The notes beneath the pieces were generated by a model. That model was not told the DNA's origin. It was given only the letters and a program-made list of their open reading frames with translations, and did not search any database. Positions 18,717 to 28,397 of a stretch of 64,000 nt of DNA are shown here, piece after piece. The first letter of the stretch is position 1. Each line of letters begins with the position of its first letter. Location: positions 3,360,001 through 3,424,000 of the forward strand of contig CBDETK010000013.1 of the NCBI GenBank assembly GCA_965242865.1, in the 5' to 3' direction. Origin of the DNA: Candidatus Latescibacterota bacterium. Its GTDB lineage: Bacteria > Latescibacterota > UBA2968 > UBA8231. Made by a program: the position numbers and the translations under genes.

Positions 18717-19838
18717 TTGAAGATCACAGAGGTCAAAACCGCTCAAGTGCGCGTCCGGGCCGGCTATCTCTACCACTACGTCCGCATCCACACGGATGAG
18801 GGCCTCTACGGCACAGGCGAGGCCAGCCACGTCGATGGCGGCTGGCGCGGCTCCACCCAATCCATGGCCGCCCAGCTCATCGGCAAGGACCCGCGCGATG
18901 TCGATGCGCTCTTTGAGGGCATCCGCCGCAGCTACATCTTCCGCGGCGGCATGGCGGGCTTGGCGATTTCGGTGCTGACCGGCCTTGAGATCGCGCTTTG
19001 GGACTTGGCCGGTAAGGCCCAGGGCGTCCCCGTCTATCGGCTCTTGGGCGGCAAATTCCGCGACCGGGTGCGCCTCTACGTCGATAGCGCGCATTCGGAT
19101 TACAAAAGGCGCGCCGAGGACGTGCGGGCCCAAGGCTTCAACGCGATTAAGTTCGACCTCGACGACTCAAGCCACCCCGAAAAGCTCGATCCTTGGAACT
19201 GGTCGGTGGCCCCGGCCGAGTTGGAAGACTTAGTCGATCAAGCCCACCAGATCCGCGAGGCGGTTGGCCCCCATATCGACTTGGCCATTGACCTGCACGG
19301 CCGCTACGATGCCACCGCCGGCATGAAGTTCGCCCACGCGCTAGAGGGCCTGAATCTGATGTGGCTCGAAGAGCCGGTCCCGCCCGAGAACATCGACGCC
19401 CTCAAGCGCGTCACCCGCTCGACCCGCACCCCGATTTGCGCTGGCGAGAATGCCTATTTGCGCTATGGCTTCCGCGACATGCTCGAACAGCAAGCGGTCG
19501 ATATCATCATGCCCGACATTTCCAAGTGCGGCGGCCTATCCGAGTGTCGCAAGATCGCCAACATGGCCGAGGCGTACTACATCCCCTTTGCCCCGCACAA
19601 CAATTCGAGTGCCTTGAGCACGGTGGCCGACGCCCACGTCTGCGCCAGCGTCCCCAATTTTCTCGCCTTGGAGTTCCATCGCTACGACGACCCGACGTGG
19701 TGCGAGGTGGTCCTCGCCGACGAGCCGGTGATTCAGGAGGGACACGTGGTGTTGAGCGAAAAGCCGGGGCTGGGGGTGGAGCTAAACGAGGCGTTTCTGC
19801 AAAGTTCGCTGGAAGACGGGGAACCGCTCTGGCAGTAG
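18717..19838 (+). CDS. Mandelate racemase/muconate lactonizing enzyme family (sugar-acid dehydratase-like)
   Basis: ALWDLAGKA, KFD, DLH, WLEEP, GEN, PHN motifs. Confidence 0.9.
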   Translation: MKITEVKTAQVRVRAGYLYHYVRIHTDEGLYGTGEASHVDGGWRGSTQSMAAQLIGKDPRDVDALFEGIRRSYIFRGGMAGLAISVLTGLEIALWDLAGKAQGVPVYRLLGGKFRDRVRLYVDSAHSDYKRRAEDVRAQGFNAIKFDLDDSSHPEKLDPWNWSVAPAELEDLVDQAHQIREAVGPHIDLAIDLHGRYDATAGMKFAHALEGLNLMWLEEPVPPENIDALKRVTRSTRTPICAGENAYLRYGFRDMLEQQAVDIIMPDISKCGGLSECRKIANMAEAYYIPFAPHNNSSALSTVADAHVCASVPNFLALEFHRYDDPTWCEVVLADEPVIQEGHVVLSEKPGLGVELNEAFLQSSLEDGEPLWQ

Positions 19839-19846
19839 GAGGAAAG

Positions 19847-20236
19847 ATGACCCAACGCACCGCACACAACCCGGCTTGGCCTTGGGCCGAGAAATTCCGC
19901 ATCGCACAAGCCGTGCAGGTCGGCACTACGGTCTATGTCTCCGGCCAAGGGCCTATTGATCCGGCAGGGAATCTCGTCGGCGAAGGCGACATGGCCGCCC
20001 AGTCGCGCCAAGTTTTTGCCAACATCCGCGCCGTGCTCGCCGAAGCCGGCGCGACCATGGACGACGTGGTCAAAATTACCTCGTTTATCACCGACACCCG
20101 CCTCTATCCCGAATACTCGGCCGCCCGCGCCGCCGCCTTTCCCAATCGCGTCCCCGCCAGTTCCACTGTGACGGTCGCGGACTTAGTGCTGCCCGGGATG
20201 CTCGTCGAGGTCGAGGCCATTGCCGTGCTACAGTAG
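19847..20236 (+). CDS. RidA/YjgF family protein
   Basis: VYVSGQ, QVFANI, DVVKIT, LVEVEAIA; GGAGG RBS. Confidence 0.9.
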   Translation: MTQRTAHNPAWPWAEKFRIAQAVQVGTTVYVSGQGPIDPAGNLVGEGDMAAQSRQVFANIRAVLAEAGATMDDVVKITSFITDTRLYPEYSAARAAAFPNRVPASSTVTVADLVLPGMLVEVEAIAVLQ

Positions 20237-21463
20237 AATCCCGGCCACGCAGGCCGTCATAAAACAGGCCAACGAGCCGCCGAGCATGGCGCGGAAGCCC
20301 AAGCGCGCTAGCTCGCTGCGCCGCGCCGGGGCGATGGCGCCAATGCCGCCGAGCTGGATGCCAATACTGCTGAAGTTGGCGAAACCGCACAGGGCATACG
20401 TCAAAATGGCCACCGAGCGCGGACTCAACTCTACGCCCGAGCCGGGCTGGAGCCACTGGCTCAGTTGGAGATATGAGACAAATTCGTTGGCCACCATTTT
20501 CTTGCCCAACAACTCGCCAGCCGCCAAACAATCTCCGGCTTCAATGCCCATCAAGTAGGCAAAGGGCGCGAAGAGGTAGCCCAACGCCGCGGACAAAGAC
20601 CACTCCAAGCCCTCCAGGCCGAGGAGGTAGGACGCGCCCCGGCCCAATAAACCCAGCGCCCCGTCCAACAGGGCGATCAACCCCAAGGCGGCAATGAGCA
20701 TGGCCGCCACGTTCAGGGCCAGCCGCAAACCATCCAAGGTGCCGTTGGCCGCGGCCTCCACCACATTGGTAGCCGTGCGCTCCACCTCGATAGCGACCTG
20801 CCCCAAGGTCTGGGACGCCTCCACTTCCGGCTGCATCACCTTGGCCACCAACAGCGCGGCCGGGGCCGAAATCACCGAGGCGGCCACCAAGTGCCCGGCG
20901 TCGATTCCCAAGCCCACGAAAGCCGCCAATACGCCGCCGGCAATGGTGGCAAAGCCGCCGACCATCAAGGCCATTAGCTCCGACCGGGTCATGCTGGCCA
21001 CGTACGGGCGCACGACCAGCGGGGCCTCGGTTTGGCCGACGAAGATGTTGGCGGCCGCGGCCAAGCTCTCCGCGCCCGAGGTGTGCAGGGTGCGGCGCAT
21101 GACCCACGCGAAGGCCGCCACCACGGGCTGGATCAAGCCCAAGTGGTAGAGCACGCTCATCAGGGCGGAAACGAAAATAATGGTCGGCAGCACCTTGAAG
21201 GCGAAAAAGTGCTCGCCGAAATTCGCGCCAAAAACAAATTCGGACCCGGCATCGACATAGCTGAACAAGGCGGTAAAGAAAGTGCCGATATAGCTAAAAA
21301 ACGCCTGTCCGAACTGGGTCTTGAGAACGAGCACAGCCAAGGCGAATTGAAGCCCTAGTCCTCCCAACAGGATTCGTCGCTTCACCTGGCACCGGTCGGC
21401 ACTCAAGGCAAAGGCCAAGGCGACCATGATCAGAAGTCCAAACAGGCTGATGAGTCGTTCCAT
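20228..21463 (-). CDS. Concentrative nucleoside transporter (CNT/NupC family)
   Basis: ANIFVGQTEAPL, GGFATIAG, NEFVSY, CGFANFSSIGIQLGG. Confidence 0.93.
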   Translation of the reverse strand: MERLISLFGLLIMVALAFALSADRCQVKRRILLGGLGLQFALAVLVLKTQFGQAFFSYIGTFFTALFSYVDAGSEFVFGANFGEHFFAFKVLPTIIFVSALMSVLYHLGLIQPVVAAFAWVMRRTLHTSGAESLAAAANIFVGQTEAPLVVRPYVASMTRSELMALMVGGFATIAGGVLAAFVGLGIDAGHLVAASVISAPAALLVAKVMQPEVEASQTLGQVAIEVERTATNVVEAAANGTLDGLRLALNVAAMLIAALGLIALLDGALGLLGRGASYLLGLEGLEWSLSAALGYLFAPFAYLMGIEAGDCLAAGELLGKKMVANEFVSYLQLSQWLQPGSGVELSPRSVAILTYALCGFANFSSIGIQLGGIGAIAPARRSELARLGFRAMLGGSLACFMTACVAGILL

Positions 21464-21481
21464 CTGCCCTCACTTGTCGCG

Positions 21482-21517
21482 GTGTCCGGGATCGAGGGCA
21501 AGATGCCCTCGATCCTT
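21482..21517. repeat. REP-like palindrome, family 2, copy 1
   Basis: GGATCGAGGGCA-AGA-TGCCCTCGATCC perfect hairpin; near-identical copy at 28303-28338. Confidence 0.85.
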
Positions 21518-21553
21518 GTAAGGCTGCTGCCGACCTCTTCCCCCGCGCACCGC

Positions 21554-24500
21554 TCAATAGGTGTAGCGCAAGCCGACCTGCACCTCGCGCGGATCGCCCA
21601 AGCCCGACTGCACGGTGCCGTCAAAATTGAACAGCAGACCGGCGCTGGAGGGATCGCGGAAGTTGTCCGTGTTGAACAGGTTGAACACCTCGACGAGGAG
21701 CTCCAATTGGCCGTTGCCCACGGGAAAGGGCCGCGACAGCCGCACGTCATAGGAGAAAAATGCGTTGTCCTTGCGCAGGGTGTTGCGCTTGATGATGGAG
21801 CCATCGCCGCATATCCGGTCGGAATCGGCCCCCCACGGGTTCGTTGAAGGCGTGCCCGAGCCTCGGTTGTCGTCGCCGCAGGATTCGGAGGTCGGCTGCG
21901 CCGAATAGTAACTCACGCGCTGGTTGAGCAAGACCGCGCCGGGCAACTCGGCCAAGGCCCACCCGTTGAAGCGGTGGCGCTGGTCGCGGTCTGAGTAGGA
22001 CCACTCGCGTTCCAACTGCGTTGGATCGACGTAGCGGAACGTGAAGGGGTCGCGCTCGTTGTCGTCGTCGGACCGATCCCACGACAAAGTATAGTTGAGC
22101 TGGAACTGCAAGCGCTCGTGTACCATCTGCCGCAACCCAACGCTGAGGCCGTGGTAGCGCGACTTGGCGGTGCTCTCGACCACGGTCAAATCGCCTATGC
22201 CGTTGCTGCCGTCTGCGCCCAAGCCGGTTGACCACGGGGCACCAAAGACCGGGTCGTTGTGGTTGACAAAGCGCGTCAGATTATCGGTGCGGGCGTAGGT
22301 GTAACCGAGCGATCCCACCAAACCCCCCGGATGCAACTCGCGTTCAATGCCCACGTTGGTACTGAGGGTGCGCGGGTTCTCAAAGTTTTGATCGACGACA
22401 AAGATACTGGGCCGGAAGGGATCGCCTGCGGGCGTGGGCAACAGCTCGCCGTAGGTCGGCGGCCGCCCCAAAACGGGCGTCAGCTCGCTGGAGCGGAAAA
22501 TTCTCTGGCCGCGCGAGCCATTGGTCGATCTCGTACTGGCCACGTTCAAGCCCGGGATGCGGGCGTAGTACAGCCCGACACTGCCGCGCAACAAGGTCTT
22601 GTTGTCGCCCTGTACATCGTAGGCTACCCCTAGCCGCGGCTGGAACATATCCCAGTCCGAGGGGATTTTGCCGTTGGAGGGGAAAGTGTAGGTGCCGGTG
22701 TCGTTGGTTTTCGTTTGGCCAATAAAATCGGCGAAGAACACCTCGTCTGGCTCGGTGAGTACGTCGGGCTGGATTTGGGCCTCCCAGCGCAGACCGTAAT
22801 TGAGCGTGAGCTGGTCCGAGGGCTTCCAACTGTCTTGCGCGAACAGGGCCAACTCGTGCTGGGGGATGCTTTGCGTACCCACCTCTTCCACGGTGAGGCT
22901 GCCGACGCCGGTTTGCTGCAAATAGACCAAGACCGGGCCGGTGATAGTCGCCTCCTCGGGACAGACCCCGTCCATGCTGGTGCTGCCGTCCGAGCACTCG
23001 ACATAGCCGTTGCCCTGCTCGACGAAGTTGAGGAAGCCATCGACCGAATTGAAGATGTAGCGGCCATTGGCAAAGCCGACGAAGGTCTGGGTAGAGCCGA
23101 CCAGATTCCACTCGGCACCGGCTTTGATCAAGTGATCCCCCCTGCTCACGGAAACATTGTTGAGCAGTTGAAGGCGGGTGTCGTAGTAATCAACCGGAAT
23201 GAAGAAGGGCATGCCAAAGCGATAGCCCGCGACAAAATCCATGCCCGTATCGGGAAAAGGCCGCCCGGTGTCGGGGTTGTCCGGCCCCCGGTACGGACGC
23301 GGCCTATCCTCGCGGGCGATCTGGAAGCGGAACTCGTTGGTCGCGGTGGGGGACAGCACCGACAGCAAGCTGCCGTTGAACGCATGGGACCAGTCCCGCT
23401 CGACCGCGTTGGCACTGCGGGCCCACGAATCCACATCGAAGGTGCCGTTTTTCTGTTCCGACCAAGTGTAGTTGTATTTGAAGGTGGCGTAGTGCGCCTC
23501 GGACAAGCGGTAGTCGATCTTGGCGAGAAAGGCGCGGGCGTCGTTGGTGCGGTTGATGGCCCGGTAGTCTCCGGCCAACGCTCCGCCGAACTCCCCGTCC
23601 ATGAACTCGCGCAAGCGGCCGTCTATGCGCTCAACGTCGTCCTGCTTGGTGTCTTCAAAGACCTGCTGGTCGTACGCGGTAAAAAAGAAGGCTTTGTCCG
23701 CGATCAGGGGGCCGCCCAAGGTAAAGCCGGACTGCACTTGCCTGAAATCGGGATCGCGTTCCACCCCTTGGTGCCGGGCGGTCCCGGACAAGGCGTCGTG
23801 CTTGCCAAAAAAATGCACGGACCCGTGCAGGTCGTTGGTCCCCGACTTGGTGATGACGTTGACAAACCCGCCGCTGGAGCGGCCAAATTCGGCGTTGGCT
23901 CCTTGGGGCACCACGACGATTTCTTGTACCGCGTCCAAATTAAAGGTGAAGGCCGGGCGCTGCCCGCCGCGTTGTTCGCCGAAGAAGGGGTTGTTGAAAT
24001 CGGCCCCATCCACTGAGACGTTGTTGTGGATGCCGCGCTGGCCGGCAATGGTCAGTTCGTCGCCATCAGGCCCCTGCACAATCGCGACGCCCGGGGTCAA
24101 TAGGGTCAGGTCGAGGAAATTGCGCCCGTTGTTGGGCAAGTCCTGCACGGCTTCTTCGGGCAGGCGCGTGGCCGGCTCGCTCTGGGTGATGTCCACCGCG
24201 GGGGCCGTTGCCTCAACGACCAGCTCCTCCAACTGCGGCACCATTTTGACGGTCAGCTCCACGGTCTCGCCGACCCGCACTTGCACCCCGGTCTGCCGCA
24301 TGTCGCTGTGCCCGGCCGCCTGCACGGTTACTTCGTAGTGCCCCAAGGGCAGCAAGGTCGCCGTGAACAGCCCCAGCTCAGACGAGGTGAGGGTGCGCTC
24401 GTAGTTGGTCCGCGTCTCCTTGAGCGAGATCGTGGCGTTGCCAATGGGCTGGTTGAACTGGTCCTGCACCAAGCCGCGGATGACGCCGGTGGTCGCTTGG

Positions 24501-24586
24501 GATTGGGCCGAGGCGGGTTCGCCCAACAGGACGGTGCCCAATAGCGCGGTGAGAAGGGCGAAAAAACAAACTCGGTTCGTCGGCAT
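21554..24586 (-). CDS. TonB-dependent receptor (Oar-like, N-terminal carboxypeptidase-regulatory-like domain)
   Basis: Signal peptide, LPNNGRNFLDL, AEFGRSSGG, TKSGTN, LNYGLRWE, C-terminal GLRYTY; AGGAG RBS. Confidence 0.9.
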   Translation of the reverse strand: MPTNRVCFFALLTALLGTVLLGEPASAQSQATTGVIRGLVQDQFNQPIGNATISLKETRTNYERTLTSSELGLFTATLLPLGHYEVTVQAAGHSDMRQTGVQVRVGETVELTVKMVPQLEELVVEATAPAVDITQSEPATRLPEEAVQDLPNNGRNFLDLTLLTPGVAIVQGPDGDELTIAGQRGIHNNVSVDGADFNNPFFGEQRGGQRPAFTFNLDAVQEIVVVPQGANAEFGRSSGGFVNVITKSGTNDLHGSVHFFGKHDALSGTARHQGVERDPDFRQVQSGFTLGGPLIADKAFFFTAYDQQVFEDTKQDDVERIDGRLREFMDGEFGGALAGDYRAINRTNDARAFLAKIDYRLSEAHYATFKYNYTWSEQKNGTFDVDSWARSANAVERDWSHAFNGSLLSVLSPTATNEFRFQIAREDRPRPYRGPDNPDTGRPFPDTGMDFVAGYRFGMPFFIPVDYYDTRLQLLNNVSVSRGDHLIKAGAEWNLVGSTQTFVGFANGRYIFNSVDGFLNFVEQGNGYVECSDGSTSMDGVCPEEATITGPVLVYLQQTGVGSLTVEEVGTQSIPQHELALFAQDSWKPSDQLTLNYGLRWEAQIQPDVLTEPDEVFFADFIGQTKTNDTGTYTFPSNGKIPSDWDMFQPRLGVAYDVQGDNKTLLRGSVGLYYARIPGLNVASTRSTNGSRGQRIFRSSELTPVLGRPPTYGELLPTPAGDPFRPSIFVVDQNFENPRTLSTNVGIERELHPGGLVGSLGYTYARTDNLTRFVNHNDPVFGAPWSTGLGADGSNGIGDLTVVESTAKSRYHGLSVGLRQMVHERLQFQLNYTLSWDRSDDDNERDPFTFRYVDPTQLEREWSYSDRDQRHRFNGWALAELPGAVLLNQRVSYYSAQPTSESCGDDNRGSGTPSTNPWGADSDRICGDGSIIKRNTLRKDNAFFSYDVRLSRPFPVGNGQLELLVEVFNLFNTDNFRDPSSAGLLFNFDGTVQSGLGDPREVQVGLRYTY

Positions 24587-24698
24587 AAATGATCTCCTGA
24601 AAGTAAGAAGGTGCGTACTGAGAAGGTGTGATTCAGAATAATTTACAGTTTTCAAGCGACAGCCTTTTTTGTCGCCAAAATTTGGCCTTGTTGGTCGC

Positions 24699-25469
24699 CT
24701 AGTTGCGCGAGTTGTTTATATCCGATTCCCATTTTAGGGGATTGTTTTGGACGTAAGCCCGGATGTTGTCCAAAGATTCCTCGTTCCTGATGATGTGGTC
24801 GTGAAACGACCGTTGCCACAGTTTTCCATCAAAGGATTTCCAGCCATTATTTTTGACGCCTTCCATATATCTGTGGGTTGTAAATGATTTGAACCGATGT
24901 ATGATGTCCGATAATGACAGTGCCGGGACGACCGATAGTGACGCCGTCGGGCCTGTCGCCGGGCCTGTCGCTGGGCCTGTCGCTGGGCCTGTCGTCGGGA
25001 TCGTCGTCGGGATCGTCGTCGGGATCGTCGTCGGGACCCCCGTTGGGGCTGTCGTCGGGATCGTCGTCGGGCCTGTCGCTGGGACCGTCGCCGGTCCCAG
25101 CGTTGGGACAACCCCCTGTGGTTGTCCCGTTCCCGGCTTGGGCTTGGGACAGGCACGGGGGCCTGTCCCAACGGGGCCTGTCCCAACGGGGCCTGTCCCA
25201 ACGGTTCCGATAATGATAATGATGCCGTGGAGGTGGTTGGGCATTATTTGGAATTGGTCTATTTGGATGCCGCGATAAAATTTCGGCAATTCATTCCATG
25301 TTCTTTCCACCATTCTCCCCGCGTCGTTTGTAACCATCTGTCGATCTATTATTTCCCCGAACAATAGCTGTTTGTTTTGCGTGCAGATTGTAACGAAATA
25401 ATATCCCGCCTGAGAATAATCGTAATTTCGCAGCCGATTTGGTTTTCTGTTACGATTCTTCATTATCAC
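24699..25469 (-). mobile_element. REP-associated tyrosine transposase (RAYT, HUH Y1) with in-frame internal repeats
   Basis: RLRNYDYSQAGYYFVTICT, MPNHLHGII (HUH), WQRSFHDHIIRN, YVQNNP (catalytic Tyr). Confidence 0.92.
24945..25203. repeat. REP hairpin pair plus 15-bp and 12-bp tandem repeats inside the RAYT gene
   Basis: ggacaaccccctgtggttgtcc (25106-25127), ggacaggcacgggggcctgtcc (25147-25168), 3x cggggcctgtcccaa-like units, runs of gggcctgtcgct/gggatcgtcgtc. Confidence 0.85.
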
Positions 25470-25487
25470 CTCAAAACGACAGTAATG

Positions 25488-25640
25488 ACATCGTGGGGAT
25501 GGCCCCTAACGACATCGTACGGACGCCCCCTAACATCGTACGGACAACCCCCTGTGGTTGTCCAGCGTCTAGCACGGGCCAGCATCCAGCACGGTCCTGT
25601 ATTTCGCCTGCATTCGGACAGACACGGGGGTCTGTCCCTA
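25488..25640. repeat. REP hairpin pair (REPIN-like) upstream of RAYT
   Basis: ggacaaccccctgtggttgtcc at 25542-25563 (identical to the in-gene copy) and ggacagacacgggggtctgtcc at 25616-25637, preceded by partial acatcgtacggac repeats. Confidence 0.8.
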
Positions 25641-27359
25641 GCGCGGCTCTCGATAGACATCCGGCCCAGAGCCGCCGACCAAGATATCCAGATCAACGCC
25701 CCTGTCGGCTTGCAACACATGCTGAATGTACAGCCCAGCATAGCCCCGCGTCTCTCGCGGCGCCGGCGGCGTCCACGTCCGGCGTCTTTTCGCCAGCTCC
25801 TCGTCGGACACGGCCATGTTCAATGACCGCTTCTCCACGTCCAGCTCGATCCGGTCGCCTTCTTGCACCAGGGCCAGCGGCCCGCCCACGGCCGCTTCGG
25901 GCGCGACGTGCAAAATCACCGTGCCGTAGGCCGTGCCGCTCATCCGCCCGTCCGAGATGCAAACCATGTCGCGCACCCCTTGCTGCAACAGCTTCTTGGG
26001 CAAGCCGAATTTTCCGGCTTCGGGCATGCCGGGAAACCCTTTTGGCCCAATGCCTTTCAAAATCAGGACGCAGTCCTTGTCAACGTCGAGGGCGGGATCG
26101 TCGATCCGCGTTCTGTAGTCCTCTATGTCTTCAAAGACTACGGCGCGCCCGCCGTGCTGCATGAGCGCGGGCGAAGCGGCCGAGGGCTTGATAATGGCCC
26201 CATCCGGGCAGAGGTTGCCCCGAAGCACGGCGATTCCCGCCGCTTCCTTGAGCGGCTCGTCGATGGAGGCGATGACCGCCCGGTTGTAGCATTGGGCCTC
26301 GGCTGTGTTCGCCCCGAGCGACTGGCCAGTCACCGTCAAGGTGTCTAGCTGTAGATGCTCCTTCATCTCTTGGATTACGACCGGCAAGCCCCCGGCGTAA
26401 AAAAAATCCTCCATCAGGTACTCGCCCGCGGGCATTAGGTTGACCAAGTGCGGCATGCGGCTGCCCAAGCGGTCGAAGTCGTCTAAGTCGAGCGCGACGC
26501 CGATCCGCCCGGCAATGGCCAATAGATGCACCACGAAATTGGTTGAGCCGCCCAGCGCGGCATTGACCTTGATGGCGTTTTCTATGGCCGGCCGCGTCAA
26601 AATGCGCGACATGCAAAGGCCCTCGCGGACCATCTCGACGATGCGATTGCCGGCCAAATGCCCCAAGCGCTTGCGCCGCGCGTCCGGTCCCGGGATCGCC
26701 GCGCCGCTCGGCAGGGTCAGCCCGAGGGTTTCGACCATGCAGGCCATCGTCGAGGCCGTGCCCATGGTCATGCAGTGCCCGTCGGAGCGGGAAATCCCGG
26801 CCTCGGCCTCTAGGTAATCCGAGCGCGAGATGCGCCCGGCCCGCCGCTCGGTCGTAAAGCGATAGACGTCCGTGCCGGAGCCGATGTTCTGATTGCGGAA
26901 TTTGCCGTTGAGCATCGGCCCGCCCGTCACCGCGATGGTCGGCAAGTCCACGCTCGCCGCGCCCATCAGGCAAGCGGGCGTGGTTTTGTCGCAGCCGGTC
27001 AGCAGCACCACCCCGTCGAGCGGATTGGCGCGGATGCTTTCCTCCACATCCATGCTCGCCAAGTTGCGGTAGAGCATGGTCGTGGGCTTCATCATGGTCT
27101 CGCCGAGGGAGGTGACTGGAAACTCGAGCGGAAAGCCCCCAGCCTCGTACACCCCGCGCTTGACCTGCTCGGCCAAAATCCGCAGATGGGCGTTGCAGGG
27201 ATTCAAGTCCGACCACGTGTTGCAGATCCCGATCACGGGCCGGCCGTCGAACATCTGCTCGGGATGGCCTTGGTTTTTGGCCCAGCCGCGGGACACAAAC
27301 CCTTGGTGCCACTCGTCGCCAAACCACGCCGCACTGCGGAGCTTGTCGTCGCCCGTCAT
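25638..27359 (-). CDS. IlvD/Edd family sugar-acid dehydratase (arabinonate dehydratase-like)
   Basis: PCNAHL, GCDKTTP, CMTMGTASTM, SDGRMSGT, HVAPEAAVGGP. Confidence 0.92.
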   Translation of the reverse strand: MTGDDKLRSAAWFGDEWHQGFVSRGWAKNQGHPEQMFDGRPVIGICNTWSDLNPCNAHLRILAEQVKRGVYEAGGFPLEFPVTSLGETMMKPTTMLYRNLASMDVEESIRANPLDGVVLLTGCDKTTPACLMGAASVDLPTIAVTGGPMLNGKFRNQNIGSGTDVYRFTTERRAGRISRSDYLEAEAGISRSDGHCMTMGTASTMACMVETLGLTLPSGAAIPGPDARRKRLGHLAGNRIVEMVREGLCMSRILTRPAIENAIKVNAALGGSTNFVVHLLAIAGRIGVALDLDDFDRLGSRMPHLVNLMPAGEYLMEDFFYAGGLPVVIQEMKEHLQLDTLTVTGQSLGANTAEAQCYNRAVIASIDEPLKEAAGIAVLRGNLCPDGAIIKPSAASPALMQHGGRAVVFEDIEDYRTRIDDPALDVDKDCVLILKGIGPKGFPGMPEAGKFGLPKKLLQQGVRDMVCISDGRMSGTAYGTVILHVAPEAAVGGPLALVQEGDRIELDVEKRSLNMAVSDEELAKRRRTWTPPAPRETRGYAGLYIQHVLQADRGVDLDILVGGSGPDVYREPR

Positions 27360-27360
27360 G

Positions 27361-28242
27361 CTACACCGGCATTTCCCGCCGCGTGTGTACTCGCCCGACC
27401 CGAGCGGTTTCTTCGTTCCCCCCGGAGAGTACGCGCGCTCCAGCGTCAATTTTCTCCGCGACCGTGGCGGGTGTGGCACCATCCAAGAAGGCCACGCCGT
27501 TTTGCCGACACGCCGCCTTGACCCGCTCGTGCGTCTCCTGCATCTGCGCGGGCCACGGCTGCGGCATCGCCCGATACCCCAGCGAAAGGCTCAAGTCGCC
27601 CGGCCCCATTTCGGCAAAGCCGATCCCCGGGACGGATAGGATTTCCTCGATGTGCGGCAGGGCCGCGACCGACTCGATTTTCAGCCCTAGCAGCAACTCG
27701 CCGGCTGGATTGAGCGGCCAAGGATCGGCCTTGGCGAGATACTCGCCGCGGCTCGTGCCCCACACGCCCGTACATACGCCCTCTGAGCCGACGCCGCGCG
27801 TCCCCCGGCCCAAGTCGGGGCCGACGCCGATGGTGTTGACCGGATAGCGGCACGATTCGACAAAGGCCCGGACAGCCGCAGCCGATTCGGCTTGGCACAG
27901 CAAAATTCCGTGCGCCCCCCGGCCCAAGATCTGCCGAAACTGCCAAGCGTTGTAGCGCACGATCTCCTCGGACCGGCCCTCGACCGGGGCCTCGACGATG
28001 ACCGCCGGCGTCCGGTGCCCACTGCGAGTCGGCCCGCCGGCGATCAAGCCGCGTAGGTATTCGTCGAGCCCGGTCATGTCAAACGAACCGTGTTCCATGC
28101 CGACATTGATGTAGTCGGCCCAAGTTGCGGCGTCCTTTTGGCCCTGCTCGTAGGTCAGCACGTGTCCGGCGTGGGCCCCTGTGTAGTAGATTGGCTGATC
28201 CGCGGCGAGGAGTTCGATGGCGCGGTTGATTTTCTCACTCAT
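27361..28242 (-). CDS. HpcH/HpaI aldolase-citrate lyase family protein
   Basis: MEHG, CRYP, LGLKIES, GPGDLSLSLG. Confidence 0.8.
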   Translation of the reverse strand: MSEKINRAIELLAADQPIYYTGAHAGHVLTYEQGQKDAATWADYINVGMEHGSFDMTGLDEYLRGLIAGGPTRSGHRTPAVIVEAPVEGRSEEIVRYNAWQFRQILGRGAHGILLCQAESAAAVRAFVESCRYPVNTIGVGPDLGRGTRGVGSEGVCTGVWGTSRGEYLAKADPWPLNPAGELLLGLKIESVAALPHIEEILSVPGIGFAEMGPGDLSLSLGYRAMPQPWPAQMQETHERVKAACRQNGVAFLDGATPATVAEKIDAGARVLSGGNEETARVGRVHTRREMPV

Positions 28243-28302
28243 TGAATCGCTCCTTGAGAGGGTTTTATCGTCCTACGCTAAGTACGCGACTTTTCTGTTG
28301 TT

Positions 28303-28338
28303 GTGTCCGGGATCGAAGGCAAGATGCCCTCGATCCTT
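28303..28338. repeat. REP-like palindrome, family 2, copy 2
   Basis: gtgtccgggatcgaaggcaagatgccctcgatcctt, one mismatch to 21482-21517. Confidence 0.85.
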
Positions 28339-28397
28339 AGGACTGTCTGAAGCAATGCCCGAATATATCCAATAGCATACTGGGTCTTGGATATACA

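Noticed and set aside
22715-24016. Long antisense ORFs (also 26131-27327 alternate frame, 50660-51673, 54343-55542)
   Set aside because: Typical shadow ORFs of GC-rich genes, with no recognisable motifs.
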